Shown one piece after another: positions 43,862 to 64,000 of a stretch of 64,000 bases of DNA; positions within the stretch are counted from its first letter, which is position 1; every line of letters begins with the position of its first letter. Under the pieces are notes generated by a model. That model had not been told where the DNA came from. It searched no databases and saw nothing but the letters and a program-made list of their open reading frames with translations. The DNA lies in assembly GCF_009914755.1 (NCBI RefSeq), contig NC_060940.1; one strand, given 5' to 3'. Source of the DNA: the human T2T-CHM13v2.0 reference genome, Homo sapiens. A program made the translations under genes and the position numbers.

Positions 43862-44797
43862 GAATCATATGATTCAATTTGTGTAAATAGTCATGATTTT
43901 AATATTTCAACATTTAGAAAAATATAGAGATAAAACAATGTTTCTGTGGGTTATAGCAATTTTGGATAGAATTTTGGGTAGCTACTTTCTACTTCAAATT
44001 CTTCAGTGTTTGATTTTCTTTTTCACAGTAAATATGAATTACTTTTGTAATCAGCAAAATTTTTTAAAATCTCAATTTTGACATTAAATAGAAATAGGTT
44101 GTTTAAAATTGCCTTCTTACAGAATGTGCAGTGCCTGAAGCATGCATTTAAATGGATGACATGTTTTTTTCCTGTGGAAAATTTGAAGAGGGACCTTTAC
44201 ATTTAAGTTTTCATATTTGCAGATGGAATAGGAGTGATAGCTTCTTAGAAAAATGGAATTTGAATAATGGATTTAAATAATAGAGGCCATTATTCAGGAT
44301 GAACTTAATGCAGTCCCCATACAGATGAAAGATTTAGGCAATGAGCAGATAAAAGCCTTACAGATGCCTAATGCAAATTATGTCATATTAAAAACTAAAA
44401 CAAAACATTTAAAATAAAGCAGACCAAAGATTTCAAGAAGGAAGGACTTAGGGGTTAAACATCCTTTTTAGCCATCAGAAAAAAATGACCTCAGGCTTTA
44501 GTGGACATCTGTCTGATTCCTAGTCTCTATTTTCAGCAGTATCATTCCTGTGAGTTATCAGGATCACAATAGATGTGTACACTTGAAAATTTTTCGTTGC
44601 TTTCACCCATCTTCTCAAATGTACCCAGAAGTCATAATGCTGGAATTACATTGATACAATCATCCCCATGGAAACAGAGGCTGGTGTCATAAACATGGCA
44701 TTATGACTTCTCAGCAGGAGGAGGCAGATGGAAGTTTGGCACTGAATGTGCAAGATTTATTCAAAAACACAAATGTCTTGGAGAATAACACCAAGCA

Positions 44798-44800
44798 AAA

Positions 44801-44831
<31 letters not shown>

Positions 44832-44832
44832 A
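44798..44832. repeat. (AAAT)n microsatellite
   Basis: Direct reading. Confidence 0.95.
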
Positions 44833-45004
44833 AGGGCATGGAGTTGCCCTGACTACATGCATTTCAAAAGATGTTTTCTGAGGATTTATTCGCCTTTGGC
44901 AGGACTTGCTTGTGCCTATAGTGTGCCTATACTTTCTTTTTCATTGTTATGTTTGGCATGGCATGTTCTCATCTTAGTCTTGGCTGTTCAGGCTGTCAGG
45001 GGCT

Positions 45005-45130
45005 GCATTTACCAATGGGGGAGTTGAGATCCAGAGAATGGAATGGACTTGCCCAACTCACCTAGCAAGTAAGCGGCCCTGGGGAAGCCAGAGCCCTTCT
45101 CCTGACATCTAATCCGCACATTTGAGTGTT
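45005..45130 (-). mobile_element. MIR fragment
   Basis: CATTTACCAATGGGGGAGTTGAGATCCAGAGA...GACTTGCCCAA. Confidence 0.6.
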
Positions 45131-45164
45131 CCTTTCAACATCTCCGTTTTATGCTGAGAACACA

Positions 45165-45594
45165 TGTGTATCAATTAGGACATTGGTTCTAATGAGACCA
45201 CCCCACTGCCACCCCAAAAAGTGTTTTAAATAAGATAGAAGTTTTTCTCGCTCATAGCAGTCCATGGTGTCAGGCTGTGTGTGTATATGTGTATATAATA
45301 TATATATACATATTTTTTGCTGTATCTGCTGTGCCACCCTGATACACTAGTACAGCACATCACATACTGTATTTATTTTCCAGACAGAGTAAGGAGAGGG
45401 TGTTCTCCTGTCTTTTAAGAGCACAATTGGAAAGCTGCACAAATCACTTCTGCTTATATTCCATTGGCCAGGACTTAGTCGTATACCTTGTTTCAAGGAA
45501 TGCTGAACAGCCATGTATTCCGCAAATGTGGGGGATCTATTATTGCAAGAGAAGGAAAAAACAGATTTGGCAACAACCAGTAATCTCTGCCACA
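45165..45594 (-). mobile_element. MLT1J-like LTR
   Basis: ATCACTTCTGCTTATATTCCATTGGCCAGGACTTAGTC; ends AATCTCTGCCACA. Confidence 0.75.
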
Positions 45595-45804
45595 CTTGCA
45601 TCCCCTATGACAGAGCATTGTTTTCAGAGGACTGTCAACTAATTTCCTTTCAGCTAATGCAATGGCTGAAGAGTGATTGTGGTATTCATTTACTCAAGGG
45701 TAATTACAATGATAATTACCATATTTGTTATAGAAATCACTGAATTGGCACAAAGATTGGACACCAGGTCTAAGATCAAGATAGAAGTTAATTGACCATT
45801 AGAG

Positions 45805-47240
45805 TATGTATTAGGATTGTGAGAGAAACCCTCCAAGTTAGTGGCTGTAAGAACAAATAAGTCTATTTCTTTTTCTCCTAATTATCTGAGCTGCATTGTC
45901 CAGTGTTGATGAAGGTTTGCTTACTATGGGAGATGGGAGCATGGATATTAGTGGGCAGCTAGTGGTTTTCTCTGCAGCGTAGCCAGCTAGAATGTCTGAG
46001 CTCCAACCATTTCTTTCATCCTATCACCTTTAACTAAAAGATGAGAGAGACAGAGAAAGAGAGAAACAAAAAGAAGAAAGAAAAAGAAGAGAGAGAGAAA
46101 GAAAGAAAGAGAAAGAAAGAAAGAGAGAGAAGGAAAGAAAGAGAGAGAGAAAGAAAGAAAGAAAGAAAAAGAAAGAAGAGATTTTCCAATCAGTTAGGCT
46201 TAGGCCATGTACTCACTCCTTAATAGCTTTTGGGGAAGTAGGAAAAGGATCATGAAACCTCTTTTTACATTTGGATTTACATTCCCACTAAGACTGTTCC
46301 CAGTGCAATATTGGCCAGGAGTTTCTCTCAAGGACCTTCTGGTTCCAGAAATATTCCTTCTTGTTCTTGTTATTGTAACAACACCCCTATTTCCTCTTGA
46401 ACGTTAGAATCAATTACCTCAACCAACGCAATAACTTTTTGGTTGTTTTCCAGCAGCATGAAGAGGTCAAAATGATCAGCTGGAATTTTCTATTTTCAGC
46501 TTAATGGAAGTGTTGCTGCAACCCCCTGTTAGAAGTATTTTCCTCTTGAATTCTAAAACCTCTAAATTAACGAAGTCCGAAGTTACAGAGATGGGAAGGA
46601 AATTTTCTAAGTGCACACTTTGACAAATGGATCATAGTGCACTCTAGAATTTCCCAGGAACTAGTGCTTACTCACAGCCAGAGTCTAATTATTTCTGAAT
46701 GGTTCTGGTATTTTCATTTTCTTAATCATCATTTACTCTGGTCTCTAGTCCTCTTGGCCATGGCAAGGAAGAAGATTCTCGGTATACATTTGTGTTATCT
46801 TACTATTCTTACTCAGTGTTTACCTGGTTTTCCCTTTGTTCCAGGGGCTCTGGGTCTATGAGTTGGCTCAGGCCTTGGAATTGAGTAAGGGACTGTGATT
46901 TTTTTAAAATAATGACTCAAATGAGTCCTATTTGCTAGACCCACAGCATGATCAATCACACAGAGCAGGTAGGACCATAGAGTTACTCATTGTTTTGATC
47001 TTAGAGACCCCAATGATTAAATAACTTCCATCAAATGTTATTTCACATATTTCTAATTACCACTTGTGCTCTGCTGCCAATTACAGAAACTGTGCCCAAC
47101 TTGCTTCAGGTCTTTAAATGCTGCCACTTCTCTTCTGTGACTCCTGGATGGCATCATTCTAATTGAAAAAGGAAGGTCTCATTTTATGAGTGGCCTTTAT
47201 CTTAATCCTCTGCCCACAAAGGATAACTTCTAAGTCTCTT
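45805..47240 (-). mobile_element. MLT1 LTR remnants plus MaLR/ERVL internal sequence
   Basis: Minus strand 46330-46600 reads as decayed ERVL dUTPase-like sequence (IPADHFDLFM..VIDSNVQEEIGVLL); 46845-46900 as SLTQFQGLSQLIDPEP, like ERVL gag QFPDLSQFTDPEP. Confidence 0.6.
46040..46180. repeat. GA-rich (GAAA/GA)n low-complexity tract
   Basis: Direct reading; nearly pure purine. Confidence 0.95.
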
Positions 47241-47244
47241 TTCA

Positions 47245-47858
<614 letters not shown>

Positions 47859-48481
47859 TCAATGCAATTCACTATATTAAAAAATTAGAAGTGAAAAAAA
47901 TCTCAATAGATACAGAAAAAAATTCTTAGAAATGAAAAGCTCATTAAATATTTGAAAATCAAACTGTAATTCACCTTATTAACATCTTATTAACAGAAAA
48001 AAGAAAACATATGACATGATCATTTCAGCAAATGTATAAAAAGCATTTGACAAAATCTGATATCTAGTTATAATAAAAATAATAACCTCTCAGCAAACTT
48101 GCAAAGGACAACTACAAAAAAAACCCCACATACAACTAATAACATATTTAATGGTGAAAAACTGAATACTTTCTCCATGCAATACAGAACAAAGCAAGAA
48201 TGTCTATCCTCACCACTTCAGTTGAACATTTTGTTGGAGGTCTAAGCCAGCACAAGAAGAAAGAAAAAGAAATAAAAGATTGAAAAGGAATAAGTAAACT
48301 GTCTTTATTGGCATATGATATAATAATCTATGCAGATAATCCTAAAAATCTACAAAAACCTATTAGAACAAATAAATGAGTTTAGCAAAGTTGCAGAGTA
48401 CAAGATCAATATGGAAAAAATAAACTTTGTTTTTATATGCTTACAATAAACTATCACAATTTAAATTTAAAAACAAATACT

Positions 48482-48740
<259 letters not shown>

Positions 48741-49449
48741 TCAAAATATATGAAAACACTTAGGGACAAAATTGACAAAGGATATGAAGACCTGTGCTCT
48801 GAAAACTACAAAACATTGCCAACAGAAAGAAATGGGGTCCACACCCATGCACTGGAAGACTCAGTATTATTAGGACATTATTTCTTCCCAAATTGGTGTA
48901 TATAGTCAATGCAATCAAAATCTACAGGCATTTTTTGTTGAAATTGACAAACTGATTTTAAATTTATGTTAAAATACAAAGGACCTAAAATAACCAAAAT
49001 TATTTTGAAGAGAAAGAACAAAGTGAGAAGACTTTCCTACCTATTTCCAGACTTATTATAAAGCTGCAAGAATCAAATAATGTGACACTTGTCTAAAGAC
49101 AGATGTATAGAATAGTGGAACAGAATAGAGTCCAGAAATAGATCCACAGACATATGGCCATTTAATATTTGACAAATTGTGCTTGAAGAATGGAATATCT
49201 TCATGGGTGGGGGAGACCCTTGACCCTCACTTCATGGCATATACAAATACACAGCAATGGTTTATAATACAAGAAAGATGATAGATCTACATGTAAAACC
49301 TACAATGTTAAAACCTTGAAAACCTTGACACAAATTTTAGTTACCTTGGATTTGGGGAGATTTCTTAAATATGACACAAAAAGCACACCAAATTATAAAT
49401 TGTACTTCATCACAATTGAACCCATTCATTTACTTTTCAAATGACACTC

Positions 49450-51502
<2,053 letters not shown>

Positions 51503-51878
51503 CTCACCATCATTCTTATCACCACTGTTATTGTTAATAACAGCATTCCCAAATCATTCTGTCATCTTTACATTTTGTTACCTGGAAATTTGTTTGTCCT
51601 TTCCAAAGGCAAAATATATACAAGTTTTTCTTGACTTTGTGCTGTCAATTTGGCATCAGAGATGTGCTGCTTAACCAGTGATGTTATACTCTCTGGATCA
51701 CACCTTTCATTCAGATGCAAACTAACATTTAAAAAGAATAAAAGTTATTTTTATCAAAAAAATACATTCTCAAAAAAAGACCACAGACTGAAAGAAAAAA
51801 ACTGTAAAAAATATATTAAAAAAGGACTTGTAGTCATAAAAGTCATAAAACAGCTAGTTAAATATAACTAGATGTTAG

Positions 51879-52299
<421 letters not shown>

Positions 52300-52597
52300 C
52301 TCTATTCCTCTTTCTAAGTACAATTAAAATCCCTGGACATTAATATAAAATAAGTACAAGAAGACAAAGAAACATGAAGAGAATCAGGGAGGCCTGCTAA
52401 GGAACTCTGGGCCTGATGAACATTATGATGATGAGCACTCTGGGCATTCTTTTGGCCAGATACATCCTAGACTTGGAGCTGAAGAAGCTGGCAACCTATA
52501 AATAATAACAAGTGCAAACAAACAAACAAACCAACAAAAGCCTCAATAAAGGTCTAAGAAAGGGGTAGCCTATGAAGATAGAAAATATGTAGACAAC

Positions 52598-53880
<1,283 letters not shown>

Positions 53881-56027
53881 ATTTAATTGGTTTATTAAAT
53901 TATCAGAACAAACAAGTCTTTCGAAAGAAAAAAAATATTCAGGCAATGATCTCTTCACTTCAGCCAAACACCATGAAAAACATCTGTGGTCTCTGTCCTT
54001 CCCTGCACTACCCCTGCCCTGCCCCGCCATGCCATCATGGGGCAAATGGAATCTTAGACTTTCACCCTTGTGTGGCTGTAGAAAGAAACCCAATACCACC
54101 CCAAAAAGGTGGTGTCAGAGGAAGACAAGCAGGGAGCTGGGACAGTATGCTTTGTGTATCAGCAAAGATTATGTGGAGTACCTGAGCTTACATCACATTC
54201 AGCAGTTATGAGTTAGTCATCCTCTCCCCATTGGTTAGGTGTTAAATCAAAACCAGAGGAGTCAAGACCTTTACTATAGCTTAGTGATAATGAGGCCACC
54301 CCCACTAGTGTCAGTGGAGACCATGTGGGGAGCTGAAAATCACAGTCCTGCTGAGCAATAACAAAGAGCCCTCAACACGCAGGTGTCAGTCAAGGCTGAG
54401 TGAGAAACCTGAACTTCTACTCCCATCCAGTAGTAATCCAGGATGGCAGCCCCCCTACTTCCCCTTCCAGAGTAGTGTCAGAAAAATACAGCTTAAAGAA
54501 ATTTAAAATGATATCTTGAGTTTCATTACACAATATGAAAATGTCAAATTTTCAATTGAAAATTACTAATCAAAATAAAAAGAACCAGAAAGAGCTCAAA
54601 CTGAATAAAAAAGATAATTAATACATATTAATACCAGATAACAGACATTTTAGAATTATCTGACAAAGATTTTAAAGCAGCCATAATAAAAATACTTCCA
54701 TGGGCAATTATGAATATGCTTGTGATAAGTGAAAAAAATAAAAAGTCTCAGCAAATAAATAGAAAACACAAAAACCAACCAAATGCAATTTTAGAACTGA
54801 AAAACACAATGACTAGAAAAACCCCCAGTGGATGAGATCAACATCAGATGAAGAGAACAGAGGAGAGAATAAGTGAAAAGAGTACAATAGAAATTAATCT
54901 AAACAACAGAGAGAAAACAGAATTAAAAAACTGAACAGGATTTCAGGACTTATAAGACTATCACAAAAGATCTAATATTTGTGGCATTGGAGTCTCAGAA
55001 GGAGGAAAAAAAAGAGTATAGCTGAAAAAATACTTGAAGAATAATGACTGAAAATGTCCCCAAATTTGTCAAGAGATATAAACCTACAGATCCCAAATAA
55101 GATAGACCTTCACAATTCATTCCAAGATGCACCATGATTAAACTTCCGAGAACTAAAGAAAAAAAATCTTGAAATCCAAAGGAAAAATGACACTTTCACT
55201 ATTAGGAAAAAATTAGAACAACAGCATTTTTCTGAAAGAAATAATGAATGTCAGAAGGAAGTGGCACAATATTTTTCAGGTGTTGAGAGAAAAGAAAACT
55301 GTCAACCAATAATCCTATACCCAGGGAAAATATTTTTCAAAAATTAAGGGGAAATCATGATATTCTCAGACAAGGTAAACCTAAGTAAATTTGTTGCCTG
55401 TAGACCTATCCTCAAAGAATGGCTAAAGGATATTCTCTAAACAGAAAGGAAATGATAAAAGTAGAAACCTAGAAACATCAGGAAAGAAGGGACATGATAA
55501 GGAAAAATATGGCTAAGACAATACACTTTGCTATCCTCTTGAATTCTAAATATATATACAGAAAATATTTAAGACAATTATAAATAGGGGAGGGTGAAAG
55601 AAAGTAAAGGAAGGTAAGATTTCTGTATGCCACACAAGCTAGAAAACAATGACTATATATACACACATACATATATATATGTGTGCATGTGTACACACAC
55701 ACACACACACACACAACATAATACCTAGAATAACCATTAAAGAAGCTATAGTAAGAGATACACTGAAGATCGCCATAGATTAATCAAAATGGAATTCTAA
55801 AAACAATTCCTGTAACCCATAGGAAAGAATGCAAAAGAAAACACAATGGAGAGAACAAACAAAAAAGCAAATGAAAGGTAAATACACAGACTTAAGCCCT
55901 AACATATAAACAATTATGTAGAATGTAAATAGTGTATATCTACTCCAAGTAAAAGATAAATCTGCAGAGTGAATAAAAAACATGACCTAAGTATACAAAA
56001 TCTATTAGAAACTCATTTCAAATGTAA

Positions 56028-56404
<377 letters not shown>

Positions 56405-56820
56405 TGATGTGGCTGTATTAATATCATACAAAGTAGAATTCAGAGCAGATAAAATTATCAGTGACAGAGAGAGGCATTATATAATGATAAAAGGGCCAAT
56501 CCACCAACAAAACATAGCAATTCTAAAGCCATATGCATAAAACAACATAGCTGAAAAAGATGTGTAGCAGAAACTGATAAAACTGAAAGGAGAAATACAC
56601 ACATCCACAATAGGACAACTAGACAGAAAAGCAGCAAGTTATAAAAGAACTGAACAAAACCATCAACCCACAGGATCTAATTTATAGCAGATTCTACCCA
56701 TAACAGCAGAATACACATTCTTTTCAAGTGCCTGTGGAGCATATTCCAAGATAGTCCACGTCCTAAGCCATAGAACAAATGCCAACAAAAATCATAAAAT
56801 TAAAATCATACAGAACGTGT

Positions 56821-57491
56821 ATTTTTTAATTTTTATTTTAGGTTTTGGGGTACCTGTGAAGGCTTGTTACATAGATAAACGTGTTACAGGGGTATGGTGT
56901 ACATACTATTACATCACCCAGGTATTAAGCTCAGTACCTAATAGTTATCTTTTCTGTTTTTCTCCCTCCTTCCATCCCCACTCAAGTAGACCCCAGTGTC
57001 TATTGTTGCCTTCTTTGTGTTTATAAGTTTTTATCATTTAGCTCCCACATATTAGTGAGAATATGTGGTACTTGGTTTGTTTGTTTGCTTAGGATGATGG
57101 CCTGTAGCTCCATCCATTTTCCTGCAAAAAACATGATCTTATCGTTTTATGGCTGCATAATTATGGTGTATATGTACCACATTTTCTTTATCCAGTCTGT
57201 CATTGATAGGCATTTAGGTTGATTCCATGTCTTTGCTATTGTGAACAGTGCTGCAGTGAACATTTCTGTGCATGTGTCTTATGGTGGAATGCTTTCTATT
57301 CCTCTGGATATATACCCAGTAATAGGATTGCTGGGTTGAATGGCAGTTCTGCTTTTAGGTCTTCAAGGAATTGCCGTACTTCTTTCCACAGTGGTTGAAC
57401 TAACTTACACTCCCACCAACAGTGTATAAGGGTTCCCTTTTCTCCACAACTTTTCCAGCATCTGTTATTTTTTATTTTTATATAATAGCCA
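56821..57491 (-). mobile_element. Truncated old L1PA/PB 3' end
   Basis: TTTTATTTTAGGTTTTGGGGTAC...CATCACCCAGGTATTAAGC...TTTATATAATAGCCA; degenerate TSD AGAAC(G/A)T(G/A)T. Confidence 0.85.
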
Positions 57492-57517
57492 AAGAACATA
57501 TTTTCTAACCACAATAT

Positions 57518-57844
57518 CTAGAAACATCAAGAAAGAAGAAGGGACATGATAAGGAAAAATATGGCTAAGACAATACACTTTGCTATCCTCTTGAATTCTA
57601 AATATATATACAGAAAATATTTAAGACAATTATAAATAGGGGAGGGTGAAAGAAAGTAAAGGAAGGTAAGATTTCTGTATGCCACACAAGCTAGAAAACA
57701 ATGACTCTATATATATACACACACACATATATATATATGTGTGCATGTGTACACACACACACACACACACAACATAATACCTAGAATAACCATTAAAGAA
57801 GCTATAGTAAGAGATACACTGAAGATCGCCATAGATAAATCAAA
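57518..57844 (+). repeat. Dispersed direct duplicate of 55469-55788
   Basis: Near-identical 320-bp copy about 2.05 kb downstream. Confidence 0.95.
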
Positions 57845-58160
57845 TCAATAAGATAAATATAACAGAAAAATTGCCAGGCATTTGACAACTAAACAATATA
57901 TTTCTAAATAACTCACACATCAAAGATGAAGTTCTTAGATAAATAAAAACTACACCAAACTAAATGGAAATGAAAATATAACATATAAAACTTTGTCTAA
58001 CAAAGCTAAAAAAGTGCTGAAAGTTAAATTTATAGTACAAAATGCCATTAGAAAAGAGGAAAAGTCTAAAACAAATAATCTAAGCTCTCACTTCAGAAGC
58101 CTAAATTTAAAAAAGAGCAAAAAAAATCCAAAACAAGCAGAAGTAAGGGAAAAAAGATAC

Positions 58161-58442
58161 ATCACTAGAGAACTCCTCAAACTGAAATACAAAGAAAATA
58201 AAGAATAAAAAAATGAAGCAGAATATCCAAGAACCATGGGGCAATAACAAAAGGCATAACATATATGTAATGTGAATTCCAGAATGAGGAGAAAACAACA
58301 GAACTATTTGAAGCAATAATGGTTGAGAATTTTCAAAAATTAATGACAGATATGCCAAACCACAGGTCCAGGAAGCTTAGGTAGGGCCTATATCAAAAGT
58401 GTCTACATGTAGGGATATCATATTTAAACTGGAAAAACAACC
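58161..58442 (+). mobile_element. Separate L1M ORF1 fragment
   Basis: CAGAATATCCAAGAACCATGGG...TATTTGAAGCAATAATGGTTGAGAATTTTC...CAAACCACAGGTCCAGGAAGCTTAG. Confidence 0.65.
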
Positions 58443-58748
58443 AGGTTACATTCCAAGATGGCCGAATATGAACAGCTCCGGTCTGCAGCTCCCAGCGTGA
58501 TTGATGCAGAAGATTAGTGATTTCTGCATTTCCAACTGAGCCTCTGCTGGTGATACCCAGGCAAACAGGGTCTGGAGTAGACCTCCAGCAAACTCCAACA
58601 AACCTGCAGCTGAGGGACCTGATTGTTAGAAGGAAAACTAACAAACAGAAAGGAATAGTATAAACATCAACAATAAGGACATCCATACCAAAACCCCATC
58701 TATAGGTCACCCCAATACCAAAGAGCAAAGGTGGATAAAACCACAAAG

Positions 58749-59773
58749 ATAAGGAGAAACCAGAGCAGAAAAGCTGAAAATTCTGAAAACCAGAGTGCCT
58801 CTTCTCCTCCAAAGGATCAGAGCTCTTCATCAGCAATGGAACAAAGCTTGACGGAGAATGATTTTCATGAGTTGACAGAAGTAGGCTTCAGAAGGTCGGT
58901 AATAACAAACTTCTCCGAGTTAAAGGAGGATATCTGAACCCATCGCAATGAAGCTAAAAACCTTGAAATAAGGTTAGACGAATGGCTAACTAGAATAAAC
59001 AGTGTAGAGAAGACCTTAAATGACATCATGGAGCTGAAAACCATGGCATGAGAACTTCGTGACGCATGCACAACCTTCAATAGCTGATTCGATCAAGTGG
59101 AACAAAGGGTATCAGTAATTGAAGATCAAATTATGAAATAAAGGGAGAAGACTAGGTTAGAGATAAAAGAATAAAAAGAAACCAACAAAGCCTCCAAGAA
59201 ATATGGGACTATGTGAAAAGACCAAATCTACGTATGATTGGTGTGCCTGAAAGTGACTGGGAGAATGGAACCAAGTTGGAAAACACTCTTCAGGATATTA
59301 TCCAGGAGAACTTCCCCAACCTACAAAGGCAGGCCAACATTCAAAGTCATGAAATACAGAGAACACCACAAAGATACTCCTCAAGTAGAGCAACCCCAAG
59401 ACACATAATTGTCAGATTCACCAAGGCTGAAATGAAGGAAAAAATGTTAAGGGCAGCCAGAGAGAAAGGTTGAGTTACCCACAAAGGGAAGCCCATCAGA
59501 CTAACAGCAGATCTCTTGGCAGAAACCATACAAGCCAGAAGAGAGCGGGGGCTAATATTCAACATTCTTAAAGAAAAGAATTTGCAACTCAGAATTTCAT
59601 ATCCAGCTAAACTAAGCTTCATGAGTGAAGGAGGAATAAAATCCTTTACAGACAAGCAAATGCTGAGAGATTTTGTCACTACCAGACCAGCCTTACAAGA
59701 GCTCCTGAAGTAAGCACTAAACATGGAAAGGAACAACTGGTACCAGCCACTGCAAAAACATGCCAAATGGTAA
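58749..59773 (+). pseudogene. Disrupted L1 ORF1
   Basis: Start ATG mutated to ATA; fragments KRPNLR.IGVPE, RATPRHIIVRF, REKG, YPAKLSF; several stops and a frameshift. Confidence 0.9.
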
Positions 59774-59836
59774 AGAACATCGATGCTATGAAGAAACTGC
59801 ATCAACTAATGGGCAAAATAACCAGCTAACATCATA

Positions 59837-64000
<4,164 letters not shown>

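Noticed and set aside
46041-46223. Lys/Glu/Arg-rich ORF
   Set aside because: Translation of a GA-rich microsatellite
53881-53935. Possible second short 3' transduction after the old L1PA
   Set aside because: Only about 45 bp and AT-rich; indistinguishable from a decayed poly-A tail

Overview
Primate (catarrhine, probably human/ape) non-coding DNA. I recognise no protein-coding gene, structural RNA gene or CRISPR-like array, and I cannot name the locus. Positions 1-27 kb mix unique sequence with 10 Alus, MIR/L2, MER5 and solo LTRs. They also hold a 5x57-bp minisatellite, a consensus CTCF motif, a (CG)9(TG)6 Z-DNA tract and some candidate regulatory and splice signals. Positions 27-64 kb are almost entirely nested L1M/L1PA, Alu and LTR debris. 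The long ORFs in the track are either L1/L2/Alu-derived or unrecognisable, and the latter are probably chance ORFs. I found no convincing new biological system. The most interesting signals are retrotransposition and DNA-repair structures: (1) a twin-primed L1PA with a probable 3' transduction (49450-51770); (2) a spliced-5'UTR L1 (SpIRE-type, junction 58540/58541) fused tail-to-tail to a second L1 that shares non-consensus variants in patches; (3) a near-identical 320-bp templated insertion (55469-55788 copied to 57518-57844); (4) several other template-switch scars. Subfamily names come from remembered consensus sequences and need RepeatMasker/Dfam confirmation. Boundaries of old elements are approximate.
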